From an uncultured delta proteobacterium (GTDB lineage Bacteria; Myxococcota; B64-G9), in the NCBI GenBank assembly GCA_963754925.1, contig CAVWHX010000005.1, forward strand, positions 173,294 through 237,293: a stretch of 64,000 nt of DNA, in the 5' to 3' direction. A model generated the notes under the pieces. The model had not been told where the DNA came from and searched no databases. It was given only the letters and a program-made list of their open reading frames with translations. The position numbers were made by a program, and so were the translations under genes. Shown piece after piece: positions 1-10,639 of the stretch (position 1 is its first letter; each line of letters starts with the position of its first letter).

Positions 1-626
1 ACGTATTTCTCATCCGTGCGCTTGAGGACGCTATACATTTCGCATGAGGCCGAACGCTCCACCAGGTCGATGATCTCCTCGATCCACACAAACTGCCGTT
101 GGCGGAAGCGCACCGTCACCAATCCCCGCTGGTTGTGAGCGCCCTCTTCGCTCAGCGCCTTTGAGCACGGGCATAGGGCCGTGATCGGAACCTGGACTTC
201 GATCTCGAGCTTTACGCCGCGTACGGCCGAACCAAAGACCGTGCAACCGTACGATAATAGTCCCTCGACCCCGGAAACCGGCGCCTTTTTGAGGATAAAA
301 AAGGGAAACGAAACCTCAAGGTGGGCGGTACGAGCCTTGAGCCGCCGTTTCATTTTTTGAAGGAGTTCCGGAATGGCCCGCGTGGTCATATCGTGGCAGT
401 GCTCGTTGAGCAGTTCGACCAGGCGGCTCATGTGGGTAGCCCGCAACTGCTCGGAAAGGTTCACGTACAGGCTCACCTTGGCCACCGTGTGCTGACTCCC
501 CGCGCTCCGATCGAGAACGGTAATCGGATACAGGATGTCTTTGACGCCAACTTTATCGATGCCGATTTTTCTGGTGTCCCGCTGGGATTGAATATCTACT
601 GTCGCTGTCGTGTGGTTGCGCGCCAT
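1..626 (-). CDS. folE2: GTP cyclohydrolase IB (FolE2), 3' end outside the window
   Basis: Not in the ORF track because it runs off the edge. Manual translation from ATG 626: DIQSQRDTRKIGIDKVGVKDILYP..., THMSRLVE, KAPVSG, LCPCSKALSEEGAHNQRG, SVLKRTDEKY, all FolE2 motifs. Confidence 0.93.
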   Translation of the reverse strand, partial: MARNHTTATVDIQSQRDTRKIGIDKVGVKDILYPITVLDRSAGSQHTVAKVSLYVNLSEQLRATHMSRLVELLNEHCHDMTTRAIPELLQKMKRRLKARTAHLEVSFPFFILKKAPVSGVEGLLSYGCTVFGSAVRGVKLEIEVQVPITALCPCSKALSEEGAHNQRGLVTVRFRQRQFVWIEEIIDLVERSASCEMYSVLKRTDEKY

Positions 627-802
627 AACGGGGCGATACTAACAGGTGAGATGGGTAGTTTCAATTCCGAAAAAAGTTTGGCGGGAAATGCTTGACGCTA
701 GAACCGAATTACCAGTACAGTCCGAGAAAGTTAATCGGCTCGGGGTTCCTAATTGAGCTTTATTCCTTTGGTCGAGAAGAGTAGGGGTCTTAAGGAGACT
801 TA

Positions 803-1459
803 ATGAAACTTTTTATCGACACCGCCAATATCGATGAAATCAAGCGCATCAGTGCCTTAGGGGTTATTGATGGCGTGACCACGAATCCAAGCCTCATTGC
901 CAAGGAGACCGGCAAGTCTTTCGAGAACATTATTCGCGAGATTTGCAGCGTTGTTAGTGGTCCGGTGTCGGCCGAGATCATTTCCCTGGATGCTCCTTCT
1001 ATGATCAAGGAGGGTCGCCATCTTGCCAAGATCGCTAAGAATGTGGTCATCAAGGTGCCGATGACGCCGGAAGGGTTAAAGGCCACTAAGGCCTTCAAGG
1101 CCGAAGATATCAAGACCAATCTGACCTTGTGCTTTTCTACCGCCCAGGGCCTGTTAGCCGCCAAGGCCGGCGCGGCCTATGTTTCTCCATTTGTCGGCCG
1201 GCTCGATGATTGCAGCCATATGGGGATGAGTCTTATTCATGAGTTGGTGAAGATATTCAAAAACTATGAGATTCAGACGCAGGTGCTTGCGGCCTCCATC
1301 CGCGGATCCCGAAATATCATAGAAGCGGCACTCGCCGGAGCCCATGCGGCCACGCTCCCGCCAAAGATTTTCGATCAGATGCTTTCCCACCCTCTTACCG
1401 ATCGCGGCATCGAGGCTTTTCTGGCAGATTGGAAAAAAAGCGGCAGACCGTCGTTGTAG
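803..1459 (+). CDS. tal: Transaldolase (small Tal/FSA family)
   Basis: FIDTAN, GVTTNPS, VIKVP Schiff-base Lys. Glu in VSAE and Phe in SPFVGR indicate transaldolase rather than FSA. RBS AAGGAG. Confidence 0.92.
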   Translation: MKLFIDTANIDEIKRISALGVIDGVTTNPSLIAKETGKSFENIIREICSVVSGPVSAEIISLDAPSMIKEGRHLAKIAKNVVIKVPMTPEGLKATKAFKAEDIKTNLTLCFSTAQGLLAAKAGAAYVSPFVGRLDDCSHMGMSLIHELVKIFKNYEIQTQVLAASIRGSRNIIEAALAGAHAATLPPKIFDQMLSHPLTDRGIEAFLADWKKSGRPSL

Positions 1460-1608
1460 CGCCCGCCCCGATTAACCCATCGGATTTAACTTTAAAGCCC
1501 CGGACAATCCACGTGGGCTTGTTGACAAGAATGGACCAAATTGATAGCAGAATAAGAGGTGATGCACAGGCATCTATTGGTTATTCAAAATAATGTTGGA
1601 CGATCACC

Positions 1609-2661
1609 ATGCGGGTAGCAATTAATGGATTTGGGCGTATCGGAAAAATGGTCCTGCGGGCCCTCTCTGCGAGGAACCTGTTGGGTTCTGAAATCGACGT
1701 TGTCGCCGTAGCCGATGTTGCCAATGATGCGGACTATTATGCCTACCAACTAAAATATGATTCGGTGCATCAGCGGTTTGATGGAATCGTTGCATCCGAT
1801 AAAAGCTCTCAGAATATGGTTTCAAACGACGTTCTGGTCGTCGGCGGTCATAGAATAAGAACCATAGCTGCCGCGGAAGACCCGTCACTGCTTCCCTGGA
1901 AAAGAATGGAGATCGGTGTCGTTATCGATACGACCGGGCGTTTCACCACGTTCGAAAAAGCATCGGGTCATATCGCTGCCGGCGCGCAGCGGGTGCTGCT
2001 CACGAACATGCCGGAACGCGATGACATTAAGATGATAATTATCGGGGTCAATGACGGCGACTATGACCCGGTGGACCTACGAATTGTTTCAAACGCCAAC
2101 TGTACCGCGAATTGCATTATCCCGTTGTTGTATGCGTTGAAAAGAGAAGGGATTGAGATAGAAAAGGGACAGGTGACTATTTTGCTGCCCTATACCGCCA
2201 GTAGAAAGATAGTGGATGGATATTCAACGCGAAGCTTCCGCGACGGGCGGTCCGCTGCGATTAATATTATTCCGTCGACCGTCAACGCGGCGCAGGCCAT
2301 TGGCCAGGTGTTTCCGGAGATGCGGGGAAAGGTCGCCGACCTTGCGTTGAGAGTTCCGGTCGCAGAGGTGTCGCTGGTTGATTTTTCCTGCATGGTTAAG
2401 CATGACAGCTCGATAGGCGAGATAGACAGCGCCCTGCACAAGGCTTCAAAAACATACCTCAAAGGCATCGTGGGCACCGTCGCCGAGGAAATTGTCTCGA
2501 GCGATGTGATCGGCGATGCCCGATCATCGATCTACGATTCATTGTTGACCACAAAAAACAATATCAGCGGCGAGAAACGTTTTTTTAGAATCTTTGCGTG
2601 GTACGATAATGAGTGGGGATATGCGAATAGGGTCGTTGATCTGTTGCTCAAGATGTCATGA
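1609..2661 (+). CDS. Type I GAPDH homologue with a degenerate active site
   Basis: INGFGRIG, YDSVH, RVP and WYDNEWGY present. NANCTANC replaces NASCTTNC and TILLPYT replaces TTIHSYT. Confidence 0.85.
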   Translation: MRVAINGFGRIGKMVLRALSARNLLGSEIDVVAVADVANDADYYAYQLKYDSVHQRFDGIVASDKSSQNMVSNDVLVVGGHRIRTIAAAEDPSLLPWKRMEIGVVIDTTGRFTTFEKASGHIAAGAQRVLLTNMPERDDIKMIIIGVNDGDYDPVDLRIVSNANCTANCIIPLLYALKREGIEIEKGQVTILLPYTASRKIVDGYSTRSFRDGRSAAINIIPSTVNAAQAIGQVFPEMRGKVADLALRVPVAEVSLVDFSCMVKHDSSIGEIDSALHKASKTYLKGIVGTVAEEIVSSDVIGDARSSIYDSLLTTKNNISGEKRFFRIFAWYDNEWGYANRVVDLLLKMS

Positions 2662-2681
2662 ACCACCCGTAGGGCGAGACC

Positions 2682-5600
2682 ATGGAAGCAGAAAAGAAAG
2701 ACTGGCAGTCATCGGCGCTGAAGGTGAATCTTGAGAGAACCGCCGCGACGGTCGAGATTTCTGAGCACTATATGCCGCTGCTCGCCATTGTCGATGAATA
2801 CTACGGGCTCTCGCGAAAGACCAGGAAACTGCTGACCGAGCTCGCCCATCCTTTTGTGAACTGGGAATACGTCCTGACCGAATTGAAGACCATTTCGATA
2901 GGTGATTTTTACTACTATAATATGCACGCTGACGGGCGAACAGCCCTGTCACTATTCCTGCAAATCTATTTCGACATCATCCGACAGGCGCCGGACGAAG
3001 ATACCAAAGACAGCACCCTTCAGTACCTTTTTGAATACCTCAACACGGTCGTGGCCAACAGCGGCGCGTTGCTCGCGAGAAATATGCTGGTTTTTCCTTT
3101 CGTTATAGAATCTCTCCGCTCCGTCACGGCCGAGCGGCGCATGCTGCTTAAAAAAAGCTCGGGCTACCTTAAGAAAACGCTGCGGCTGTTGGTAGAAAAG
3201 GGCATTGATACCACGTCAGACGGCATGTCCACCCTACTGTACGACATCTTCAAACAAACGTACCAATTCTGGCTCGCTCAGCCAAACCCGGCGGTATGGT
3301 TTCACGGTGACGGAGAGTCCGAAGCGGAAATCAACGCACACCGAAGTTTGAGCTATCCGCTCTCGCATGAACATCTGAACCTTCTTCTCGAACGGCTTGA
3401 AACCTTGTATCAGCCGGTTAGGGAAGGACGGGGAGAGTCCTGGGTGCCGTATCTCGATATGCCGGACTATTCTCAAATCGTGAACGGGTACCTGCTGATA
3501 GCCGACGAAATGGAGAAGTCGCCGGTGTATGCTGGCCGTCAGCATCTGGTAAAGCTCGACTTCCTTTTTAATATCATGAGCGTGCCCAGTCTTTCGGATA
3601 TTCACGGCCGGGCTCTTCGGGAAATCAATCTGTGTTTGCGCATGGTGTTCAAGGAACAGCAACCGGAGCATCTCTGCGAATTCGTGCGAACGATTTTCAG
3701 TTTACTCAAAAAGAGCGAATCTCAGCATGAACATCGCGGCGCCATTATCGACTGTATTACCACGATTGCCCGGGAAGTCTTTGACCAGAACAATCATCCC
3801 CTGGTTGAAACGTTCATTGAGGAACTCGTAGCCTTTGGTTTTCAGCATCCCGAGGTGAGAGGTTCAACCGCTGAATGGCAGATACAGGTAAATCCCGCCC
3901 ATATTATGAATATCCGATCCTGGCTTGCCATAGCCGCCCTGAAGCCGCGCTGGACCAAACGCCTTTTGTCGGCTCTCATCATCAACCTCAAAATCGGCGG
4001 CATTCTGATCCGCGACACCGACCTCGTCCAGCGGGATATATCGGCGTTCCTAAACTCGGATATAGGGCCTGCCTACAACTTGGCGAAGCAGCTCCTCAGG
4101 ATCTTCCCGGTCTATTTTAGCGAGATCGGGGCCGAGGGTGAATTGAGGGACATATCGACCAATGTCGATGAGCTTTCCTTCAGGAAGGATAAGCTCATCA
4201 ATTTTTTGCGCAAACAATCCCATGTGGAAAGCAACAGCCTCTTGGTGGGGTTTGTTGAAGATGCTTTTCAGTTCTGGTATTCAGGCAACCGGGAGTATAT
4301 CAAAGGCCACCTTCCCGAAGAGGTTTTCGAGCAGGTTCCGAATTCGGGAGAGTATTTTGAAGGTCTTCATAAAATATTCAACCAGCTATTTCCAAAGGTG
4401 GACAACAATCCGCAGAATTTTCTCGACTGGAATACGGCCAAAATCCAAAGGGAGCTGAAGTCCGTCCGGGGTGTCGACGCACGGGATACGGAACGCACCC
4501 TGCTGATGATACGTTTCTACCAGCTCTTGTACAAAAAATACCATCCCCAGCACATCGATTTGCTCAAAGACATGGAGGCCGCGTATATCTTTGACCGAAC
4601 CAGAATACAAGTTCTGAGAAGAGCCCTCCAGCGCAAAGATTACTACAAAAGCATCAGTGTCATCCTCAACCTCCTATCCATGCTTAAAGAACGGATCCTT
4701 TCTCCCAAAAAGACGGAAAGTTTCGAGAACATATACCACAAACGGCACATCGCGGCCGGCATACCGTCGATGTACGGCACCTACCATGAAGAAAAGTTCG
4801 AGGCGGTCGGCTTCTCGCTGCGTCTCGAAAGCTTTGCCACCATGCTTTTCGAGGAGCTGATACAGTCGCTGAATCTCAAATTCATCACCAAAAGCACCTT
4901 GATGAGAATCCACCGGTGCCTGTGGCTCTATACCAAGGCCCTTGAGCTGGAGGGCATTGCCGCCAAGGGCCTGGTCGCCACGATGAAATACGTTACCAGC
5001 GCCCTGCAAGTAAAACAATTCTCCATCGACCAGTATATCGACATATTTCGTTTCATCTCAAAGGGAATCCAAGACATCATACGGGTTTATTATATCGATG
5101 CCCACCGTTCAAACCTTCCGATTATCATCGGTCAGGTCCTCCACCGCGACCGCTCGGTAGAACTCCGCACGATAGCGCCGCAAGACGAGGAGGTGATGTA
5201 TCAGCACTCGGAAAACTTCATCCGGGGTACTGTTGCCAGCGCATTCGGTCTTCAGGTGCTGGATAACCTGATCAACGGGGTTATCGGGACTCTCAACGCG
5301 GAAGTGGAGAAGTTCAAAGATAATAAACAGATTCTCAATCTTGTGATGAACTACAACCCCGACCTTACCATATCATCGCTCTATGAGAAAAACGGTAAGA
5401 TCGATAACCAAATTCTACTCGGCAACAAGGGTTATTTTTTGAAGGAACTGGTGTCTTTTGGTTTTCGGGTCCCGCCGGGCTTCATCATTACGACGGAAGT
5501 GTTCAGAAGTTCTGAAGCGGTGTTTGGTTACCAGTACATCTTCAAGGACCTGGCGGTGCGCATCAACGCCGAGGTAAAAAAGCTTGAAAAGCTGACCGGG

Positions 5601-6899
5601 CGCACGTTTGGCGATCCCCACAATCCCCTGCTGATTTCGGTGCGCAGCGGCGCGACCATCTCTCTTCCCGGCATGATGCACTCGTTCCTCAACGTGGGTA
5701 TCAACGAGGCCATCGCCGAAGGACTGAGCACAAAAAAGGATTACCAGTGGGCGGCATGGGATTCGTACCGGAGGTTTCTCCAGTCCTGGGGCATGTTCCA
5801 GGGGCAGAACCGCGATTATTTTGACGGGATCATGAACCGTTACAAAAGCAAATTCAGGGTGGAGAAGAAAATCCAGTTCGACCCCGATCAAATGAGGCAG
5901 CTTGCCCTGGCCTACAAACAAGCTCTGGCCTCCTCGGGCATCGAGGTCACCGACGATCCCGTCGATCAGTTACGGCTGGCCATTTTTCAGGTGTTCGGAT
6001 CGTGGTATTCGGAACAAGCCAAAATATACCGCCGCCAAATGCGTCTTTCTGATGAATGGGGGACCGCCGCCATCGTGCAAGCCATGGTCTTCGGAAATCT
6101 AAATAACAATTCGGGATCGGGCGTTATCTTCACCCGGAATCCCCGGGGCGTACCTCCCGAGGTGACCCTGTATGGCGATTTCATATCGGGCGCCCAAGGG
6201 GACGACATTGTGTCGGGTTTGGTGGAGACCTATCCCATTTCGGAAAAACAGCGGCTGGCGGAAAAGAGAAGCGTGCCGATCTCCCTCGAGGTGAAATTTC
6301 CGAATATCTACAGCGAACTGATCCGCCTATCCGAGATCCTGATTTATGAAAAAAGTCTCAACCATCAGGAAATAGAGTTCACCTTCGAGAATGTGGGCAA
6401 GGAAAAGCTTTACATTTTGCAGACCCGGGACATGGTGCCGCGGGAGACGACCATGCTCAGGCGTTTTAAAGACACACCCGAACTCAAGGAATCGTTCCTA
6501 GGTTCGGGAATCGGGGTGGGCGGGGGCGCCTTATGTGGGAGGGTCGTCTATTCTGAAGCGGATATAAAAAAGTTCCGAAGCGAAGAGCCCCAAACCGCCC
6601 TCATCTTGATCCGTCCCGATACCGTGCCCGACAACGTGGGAGTGGTCCTCCAGGTCGAAGGGCTCCTCACCGCGCGGGGCGGCGGAACATCCCACGCAGC
6701 CGTGACCATCCCGCAGCTCAACAAGGTCGGGGTGGTGGGTTTCAACAAGCTCCAGGTTTACGAGGCAAACGGGTGGAGCGCGATCGAAAACCGCCGAATC
6801 GGGAGCGGGGATTTCATCGCTATCGACGGGTGGAGCGGCATGGTCTACCTGGGCCGGCACGAAATCGAATCCGAAGGCTTGCATGATGCCATGATATAG
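2682..6899 (+). CDS. Large PPDK-like dikinase: about 900-aa unknown N-terminal region, ATP-grasp domain, phospho-His swivel domain
   Basis: LGNKG, VPPGFIITT, SVRSG, GMM, QAMVFGN, SGSGVIFTRNP, AQGDDIVSG, EIEFTFE, LQTR, GGGTSHAAV. ORF ends after the His domain. Confidence 0.85.
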   Translation: MEAEKKDWQSSALKVNLERTAATVEISEHYMPLLAIVDEYYGLSRKTRKLLTELAHPFVNWEYVLTELKTISIGDFYYYNMHADGRTALSLFLQIYFDIIRQAPDEDTKDSTLQYLFEYLNTVVANSGALLARNMLVFPFVIESLRSVTAERRMLLKKSSGYLKKTLRLLVEKGIDTTSDGMSTLLYDIFKQTYQFWLAQPNPAVWFHGDGESEAEINAHRSLSYPLSHEHLNLLLERLETLYQPVREGRGESWVPYLDMPDYSQIVNGYLLIADEMEKSPVYAGRQHLVKLDFLFNIMSVPSLSDIHGRALREINLCLRMVFKEQQPEHLCEFVRTIFSLLKKSESQHEHRGAIIDCITTIAREVFDQNNHPLVETFIEELVAFGFQHPEVRGSTAEWQIQVNPAHIMNIRSWLAIAALKPRWTKRLLSALIINLKIGGILIRDTDLVQRDISAFLNSDIGPAYNLAKQLLRIFPVYFSEIGAEGELRDISTNVDELSFRKDKLINFLRKQSHVESNSLLVGFVEDAFQFWYSGNREYIKGHLPEEVFEQVPNSGEYFEGLHKIFNQLFPKVDNNPQNFLDWNTAKIQRELKSVRGVDARDTERTLLMIRFYQLLYKKYHPQHIDLLKDMEAAYIFDRTRIQVLRRALQRKDYYKSISVILNLLSMLKERILSPKKTESFENIYHKRHIAAGIPSMYGTYHEEKFEAVGFSLRLESFATMLFEELIQSLNLKFITKSTLMRIHRCLWLYTKALELEGIAAKGLVATMKYVTSALQVKQFSIDQYIDIFRFISKGIQDIIRVYYIDAHRSNLPIIIGQVLHRDRSVELRTIAPQDEEVMYQHSENFIRGTVASAFGLQVLDNLINGVIGTLNAEVEKFKDNKQILNLVMNYNPDLTISSLYEKNGKIDNQILLGNKGYFLKELVSFGFRVPPGFIITTEVFRSSEAVFGYQYIFKDLAVRINAEVKKLEKLTGRTFGDPHNPLLISVRSGATISLPGMMHSFLNVGINEAIAEGLSTKKDYQWAAWDSYRRFLQSWGMFQGQNRDYFDGIMNRYKSKFRVEKKIQFDPDQMRQLALAYKQALASSGIEVTDDPVDQLRLAIFQVFGSWYSEQAKIYRRQMRLSDEWGTAAIVQAMVFGNLNNNSGSGVIFTRNPRGVPPEVTLYGDFISGAQGDDIVSGLVETYPISEKQRLAEKRSVPISLEVKFPNIYSELIRLSEILIYEKSLNHQEIEFTFENVGKEKLYILQTRDMVPRETTMLRRFKDTPELKESFLGSGIGVGGGALCGRVVYSEADIKKFRSEEPQTALILIRPDTVPDNVGVVLQVEGLLTARGGGTSHAAVTIPQLNKVGVVGFNKLQVYEANGWSAIENRRIGSGDFIAIDGWSGMVYLGRHEIESEGLHDAMI

Positions 6900-7152
6900 G
6901 GACGGCTGCGAAAACGGCGATACGCCCCAGGTCTGATCGCGGTCCGCTGGGTCTTCCGGTCACCCCCACTGAAAGAGAATTCGTATGGCATAGAATACCC
7001 CCCCTTGCGACTCAACCGGTTTCCGCAAAGCTCACAATCGCTAACTATGCGATCCGTGACCCATTAATTACTTATGTTCCCTGTCTCTTGCGTAATGACA
7101 ATACGTAACCTCTTGATATTTTTTCAACTAATAATTTTCATCACTCTTGAGA

Positions 7153-7515
7153 TCATTTTCGGGCCTTGGCGTAGTCGATCATCCCTTGGAAATCCACGAC
7201 GACAGCCGGTTCGTCTCCCACCACCCACGCATCGTGGCCAGCGGAGAGCAGCGACACATCCCCCGCCCGACACTCAAACTCGGTTCCGTCGTCCATCCGA
7301 ACCTTGAGCGTCCCCGACACATGATACTGAAAATGCGGCGCCTCGCAGCTCTTGGTCTTGGCGATAGGTTGAACCGATGTCGACCATCTCCAGCCTGGCT
7401 GGAGGGTGGCTCGGCCGACCGTGGCTCCGCCGATCTTTATTAACTCAAGGTGGCCCCTAGGGAATTCACGAAACTCATCCGCCTTTCCAAAACTCTTCAA
7501 TTCCGACTTTTTCAT
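7153..7515 (-). CDS. Cupin-domain protein
   Basis: PGWRWS...CEAPH...YHVSG...GHDAWVVG; RBS AGGAGG before ATG 7515. Confidence 0.8.
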   Translation of the reverse strand: MKKSELKSFGKADEFREFPRGHLELIKIGGATVGRATLQPGWRWSTSVQPIAKTKSCEAPHFQYHVSGTLKVRMDDGTEFECRAGDVSLLSAGHDAWVVGDEPAVVVDFQGMIDYAKARK

Positions 7516-7783
7516 AGTGCACCTCCTGATTAACATGTTAAGAAGGGCTGGTTTTTTAGCCAGCCAAGATAGAACGCCCCCCTTAAAGTCAGTCTCAAAC
7601 TGACTTCAGGTATGGCATCCCCTTAAGAACACGAAAATTAATCTGCAAATGTTACGCCAAGCGTGTCACCTATCGGCGGGCAGCGCATTCCCCCTCACGT
7701 CCTTTCGAGACGGTGCCAAGACTCATATTTGATGGTCCAAAACAGGCTACCGAAGGTGCAGGACCGCTACATTTTGATGGGTC

Positions 7784-8155
7784 TCAACCGCGATCGTTTG
7801 AAGACCGTCTTTTGGGCGGAATCGAGCGAATGAACCGGGCGGTAAGCAACCCTACGATTGCCACGGGTGCCCCGAGCAGCACGACAGTTACTACAGGATA
7901 TGCATCAGGTGGACTACATCGACATTCATAAACGGCGACCGCGATGCAGGCTGAAACGATGCTGGCTATGAGAAATCTTAAACCAAAATAAGCGTTTGCT
8001 TCGTACCAAATCGTATCGTCGCTCAAAGTCGTCCGCGTGCGATAGCCATACAGCGAATTGCGAGGAACTTTTCGGAAGATAAGAGGAATCGACAGCAGGC
8101 AAAAGATGGCGCTGCATATGAGAACGGTGATGAGGCTTTTGTCATAAACGCTCAT
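7784..8155 (-). CDS. SdpI-family membrane (immunity-type) protein
   Basis: PRNSLYGYRT...W..AN motif with hydrophobic helices. Confidence 0.75.
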   Translation of the reverse strand: MSVYDKSLITVLICSAIFCLLSIPLIFRKVPRNSLYGYRTRTTLSDDTIWYEANAYFGLRFLIASIVSACIAVAVYECRCSPPDAYPVVTVVLLGAPVAIVGLLTARFIRSIPPKRRSSNDRG

Positions 8156-8183
8156 GTTAGTGCGTCCCGCAGAGTCTTCTTTG

Positions 8184-9212
8184 TTACGTCAGCATCAATC
8201 TGTAGTGTTCATTTGTTTCTTTGCATTCTGGATTCAAAGCCAAGCTTCTTTCTATTTCTGCTTTTGCTTCTTCCCTTTTCCCCACTTTAAATAATATCCA
8301 TCCTTTTGTATCCATAAAGATGGAATTATCGCGTTGGTACTTCAATAAGTTATTTGTTAACTTTAAAGCCTTGTCTAGATTGATCCCTTGATTTGCATAT
8401 TCCATTGCCAATTCGTTTATTACCCACGTATCTGTTGGGCTATTTTCAAATGCTTTCTCCAGAGTATTAAGAGCTCCCGCTCGGTCGTTGATTTCATTTT
8501 GACATCTGGACATCATTACATAGAGATTACTTTTATCGAACATTGAAGTGGTTGAGCTATCATCCAAATTGGATATCACATCTTTGATAGCTTCTATGGC
8601 TTCAGCGTAACGACCTTCAATTTTATGTCCCAGACTGTTTATTATTCTTCTTTCATTGGCATCTTTTGCCTTCATTAGCGCTTGCTCTAGGTGCTTAAGA
8701 GATTCATCTTTCCGGCCCAATTCCATTAGAATAAAGGCACAGTTGGTATTCCATTCCCATGATTCTGGATCCAGCTGCTCACCTTGAAGGAATGCTCCTA
8801 AAGCATCCAAAGGTCGACTTAGCATTCTGTAACAATAACCGACATGTCCAAGTAATTTGGGATTTTTTTTAAATCTCAGACATCTTTCAAAATATTCAAT
8901 CGTTTTTACAAAGTTTCCCAAATGGAGATAGCAATGCCCTAAATAGAAGCTGTTATACTTTGAATAGTCTGCATTTCGATAGTTATGAGCCTCTTCAGAT
9001 CTCTCAAATAATTTGATCGCCTTTCTAAACTTTCCAAGATGGTAATAAGTTGTACCTAGCTGGAGGTAGTAATTTTCATCTGATATAAAAGCAGCAGTAC
9101 AAAAGATGACATGAAGCCAAATTATCTTAAGATACAACTTCAATTGACTAAATGGTATTATCATTTGTTCTGAGACCTGACAGGTTATTCTATTGTTTCT
9201 GTACTCTCCCAA
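8184..9212 (-). CDS. TPR-repeat protein, AT-rich, start uncertain
   Basis: Repeated LG..Y..LG....A helices; DTKGWILFKVG. Confidence 0.75.
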   Translation of the reverse strand: MGEYRNNRITCQVSEQMIIPFSQLKLYLKIIWLHVIFCTAAFISDENYYLQLGTTYYHLGKFRKAIKLFERSEEAHNYRNADYSKYNSFYLGHCYLHLGNFVKTIEYFERCLRFKKNPKLLGHVGYCYRMLSRPLDALGAFLQGEQLDPESWEWNTNCAFILMELGRKDESLKHLEQALMKAKDANERRIINSLGHKIEGRYAEAIEAIKDVISNLDDSSTTSMFDKSNLYVMMSRCQNEINDRAGALNTLEKAFENSPTDTWVINELAMEYANQGINLDKALKLTNNLLKYQRDNSIFMDTKGWILFKVGKREEAKAEIERSLALNPECKETNEHYRLMLT

Positions 9213-9243
9213 ACTTTTAAGTATTTCAGTTAGTCCCGCACGC

Positions 9244-10011
9244 TTACTGCAGCTCGAACTCGAAGGTGCTGACCACGCGGATCTTTTTCAACGGCGTGCT
9301 TGTCGCGCTGTAGGGAGCTGATTCATCATTGCCCTCGCTGCCGAAAATCTGGATGCTGCCCTGGTTGGCGGAGCGAATCTTGCCCACCTGGGCGCCGGAA
9401 TCGGCGGCAAATTGCTGCGCCGTCAGACGGGCGTTCTTGGTCGCCTCGGCCAGGAGCTGCGGTCGTAGGGCATTGAACGTTGTGATGACGTAGCGGGGAT
9501 TGGCCGCGCCGCCTTCCCCCTGCCCATCGAGAACCACGCCGGATTTGAGCAATTCCTCGGTCGCCCCCAGCGCTTTGGCCACCAGGTCGATGTTTGCGGT
9601 CGTAACGTTGATCGAACTGGTGACAATGTAGCGAAGCTGTTTTCCCTGGTTTTGACCGTAATAATCGCGCGCGAGCTTATCGATGGTGCGGGTCGTCTGC
9701 CTGGTTATCTCGTCATCTTTGAATCCTTGGTTTTTGAGAAAGGCAATGGTCGCTGCGTGGTCAGCGGTGATTTTTTCGTGAGCGTCTTTTATGTCGTCGC
9801 TTGCCCGCCGAAACCACAGTGTCCAGATGGCTTGGTCCGCCTTGACCTCTTTTTCAACCAACCCCTTGACGGTGACCGTTCGGACGTCGGACTTGAAGCG
9901 GGCAGCGCCCTTTCCAATGAAATGACCGCCAACAGCTAGGCCGACCAACATAAAGACACCAGCGACTATTATCGCCGCTCCGATCGAAGGTTGTTTTTCT
10001 TCGGATCCCAT
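9244..10011 (-). CDS. SIMPL (DUF541) domain protein
   Basis: N-terminal TM, RTVTVKGLVEKEV, ATKNAR..AQQFA.DSG, KKIRVV. Confidence 0.82.
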   Translation of the reverse strand: MGSEEKQPSIGAAIIVAGVFMLVGLAVGGHFIGKGAARFKSDVRTVTVKGLVEKEVKADQAIWTLWFRRASDDIKDAHEKITADHAATIAFLKNQGFKDDEITRQTTRTIDKLARDYYGQNQGKQLRYIVTSSINVTTANIDLVAKALGATEELLKSGVVLDGQGEGGAANPRYVITTFNALRPQLLAEATKNARLTAQQFAADSGAQVGKIRSANQGSIQIFGSEGNDESAPYSATSTPLKKIRVVSTFEFELQ

Positions 10012-10171
10012 GTCGAATCTCCTCTCTTTTATCTGGCAAGTGAAGTCACAGTATCATATTCTTGTGGCCGATAAAATAGATCTTATGTTCTAAAATAGGT
10101 ATTCTTTACAGTAAGTTACTGCTTGACACTAAGGTTTGAGTTGGATCAGCCCTCTGTGAAGGACTAGACAT

Positions 10172-10610
10172 ATGGGCAGCAATGAAACAATCAGAATGTT
10201 GCTCGTTGAATACAAAAGGCCATGGAAGTTATCTTTGTTGTTTGTAGGCCTTTTACTATTGATTGTTGGCTCCTTTTACTATCAAGCACCTGACTGGGAC
10301 ATCCCGATAAGTTTTATTATGGCGTTCTTGGCATACTTAACTGCGCCTTGGAGTTTGCGTGTAATCGTTGAGCGCAAGTGGAAGCATGTTCCACTGATGC
10401 TGTTTTTCACTTGGATTACCGTAGACGGGTGTTACTGGTTGTACTGGCAGTTCAAAAACCCCAAGGCCATGGAGCTCATGAGAGGAGTTAAATTTTTTTG
10501 CGTCCTTGGCGCTTTATGCCCTGTGTGGTTTAGTTTGGTATTATCAAGGCAGTCTCAAAGAGCTTGTATCAGACGCAAGGGCTTTCAATATAAATAGGAA
10601 GCTGAAATGA
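10172..10610 (+). CDS. Hypothetical membrane protein, frameshift near 10495
   Basis: Hydrophobic ORF with APDWD. Reading continues in another frame (FFASLALYALCGLVWYY...) after an A/T run. Confidence 0.55.
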
Positions 10611-10639
10611 GCAGAACACTACCAGGAGGCGAAAACTAA

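Noticed and set aside
31..695. ORFs 31-246 (-) and 321-695 (+)
   Set aside because: Alternative frames overlapping folE2
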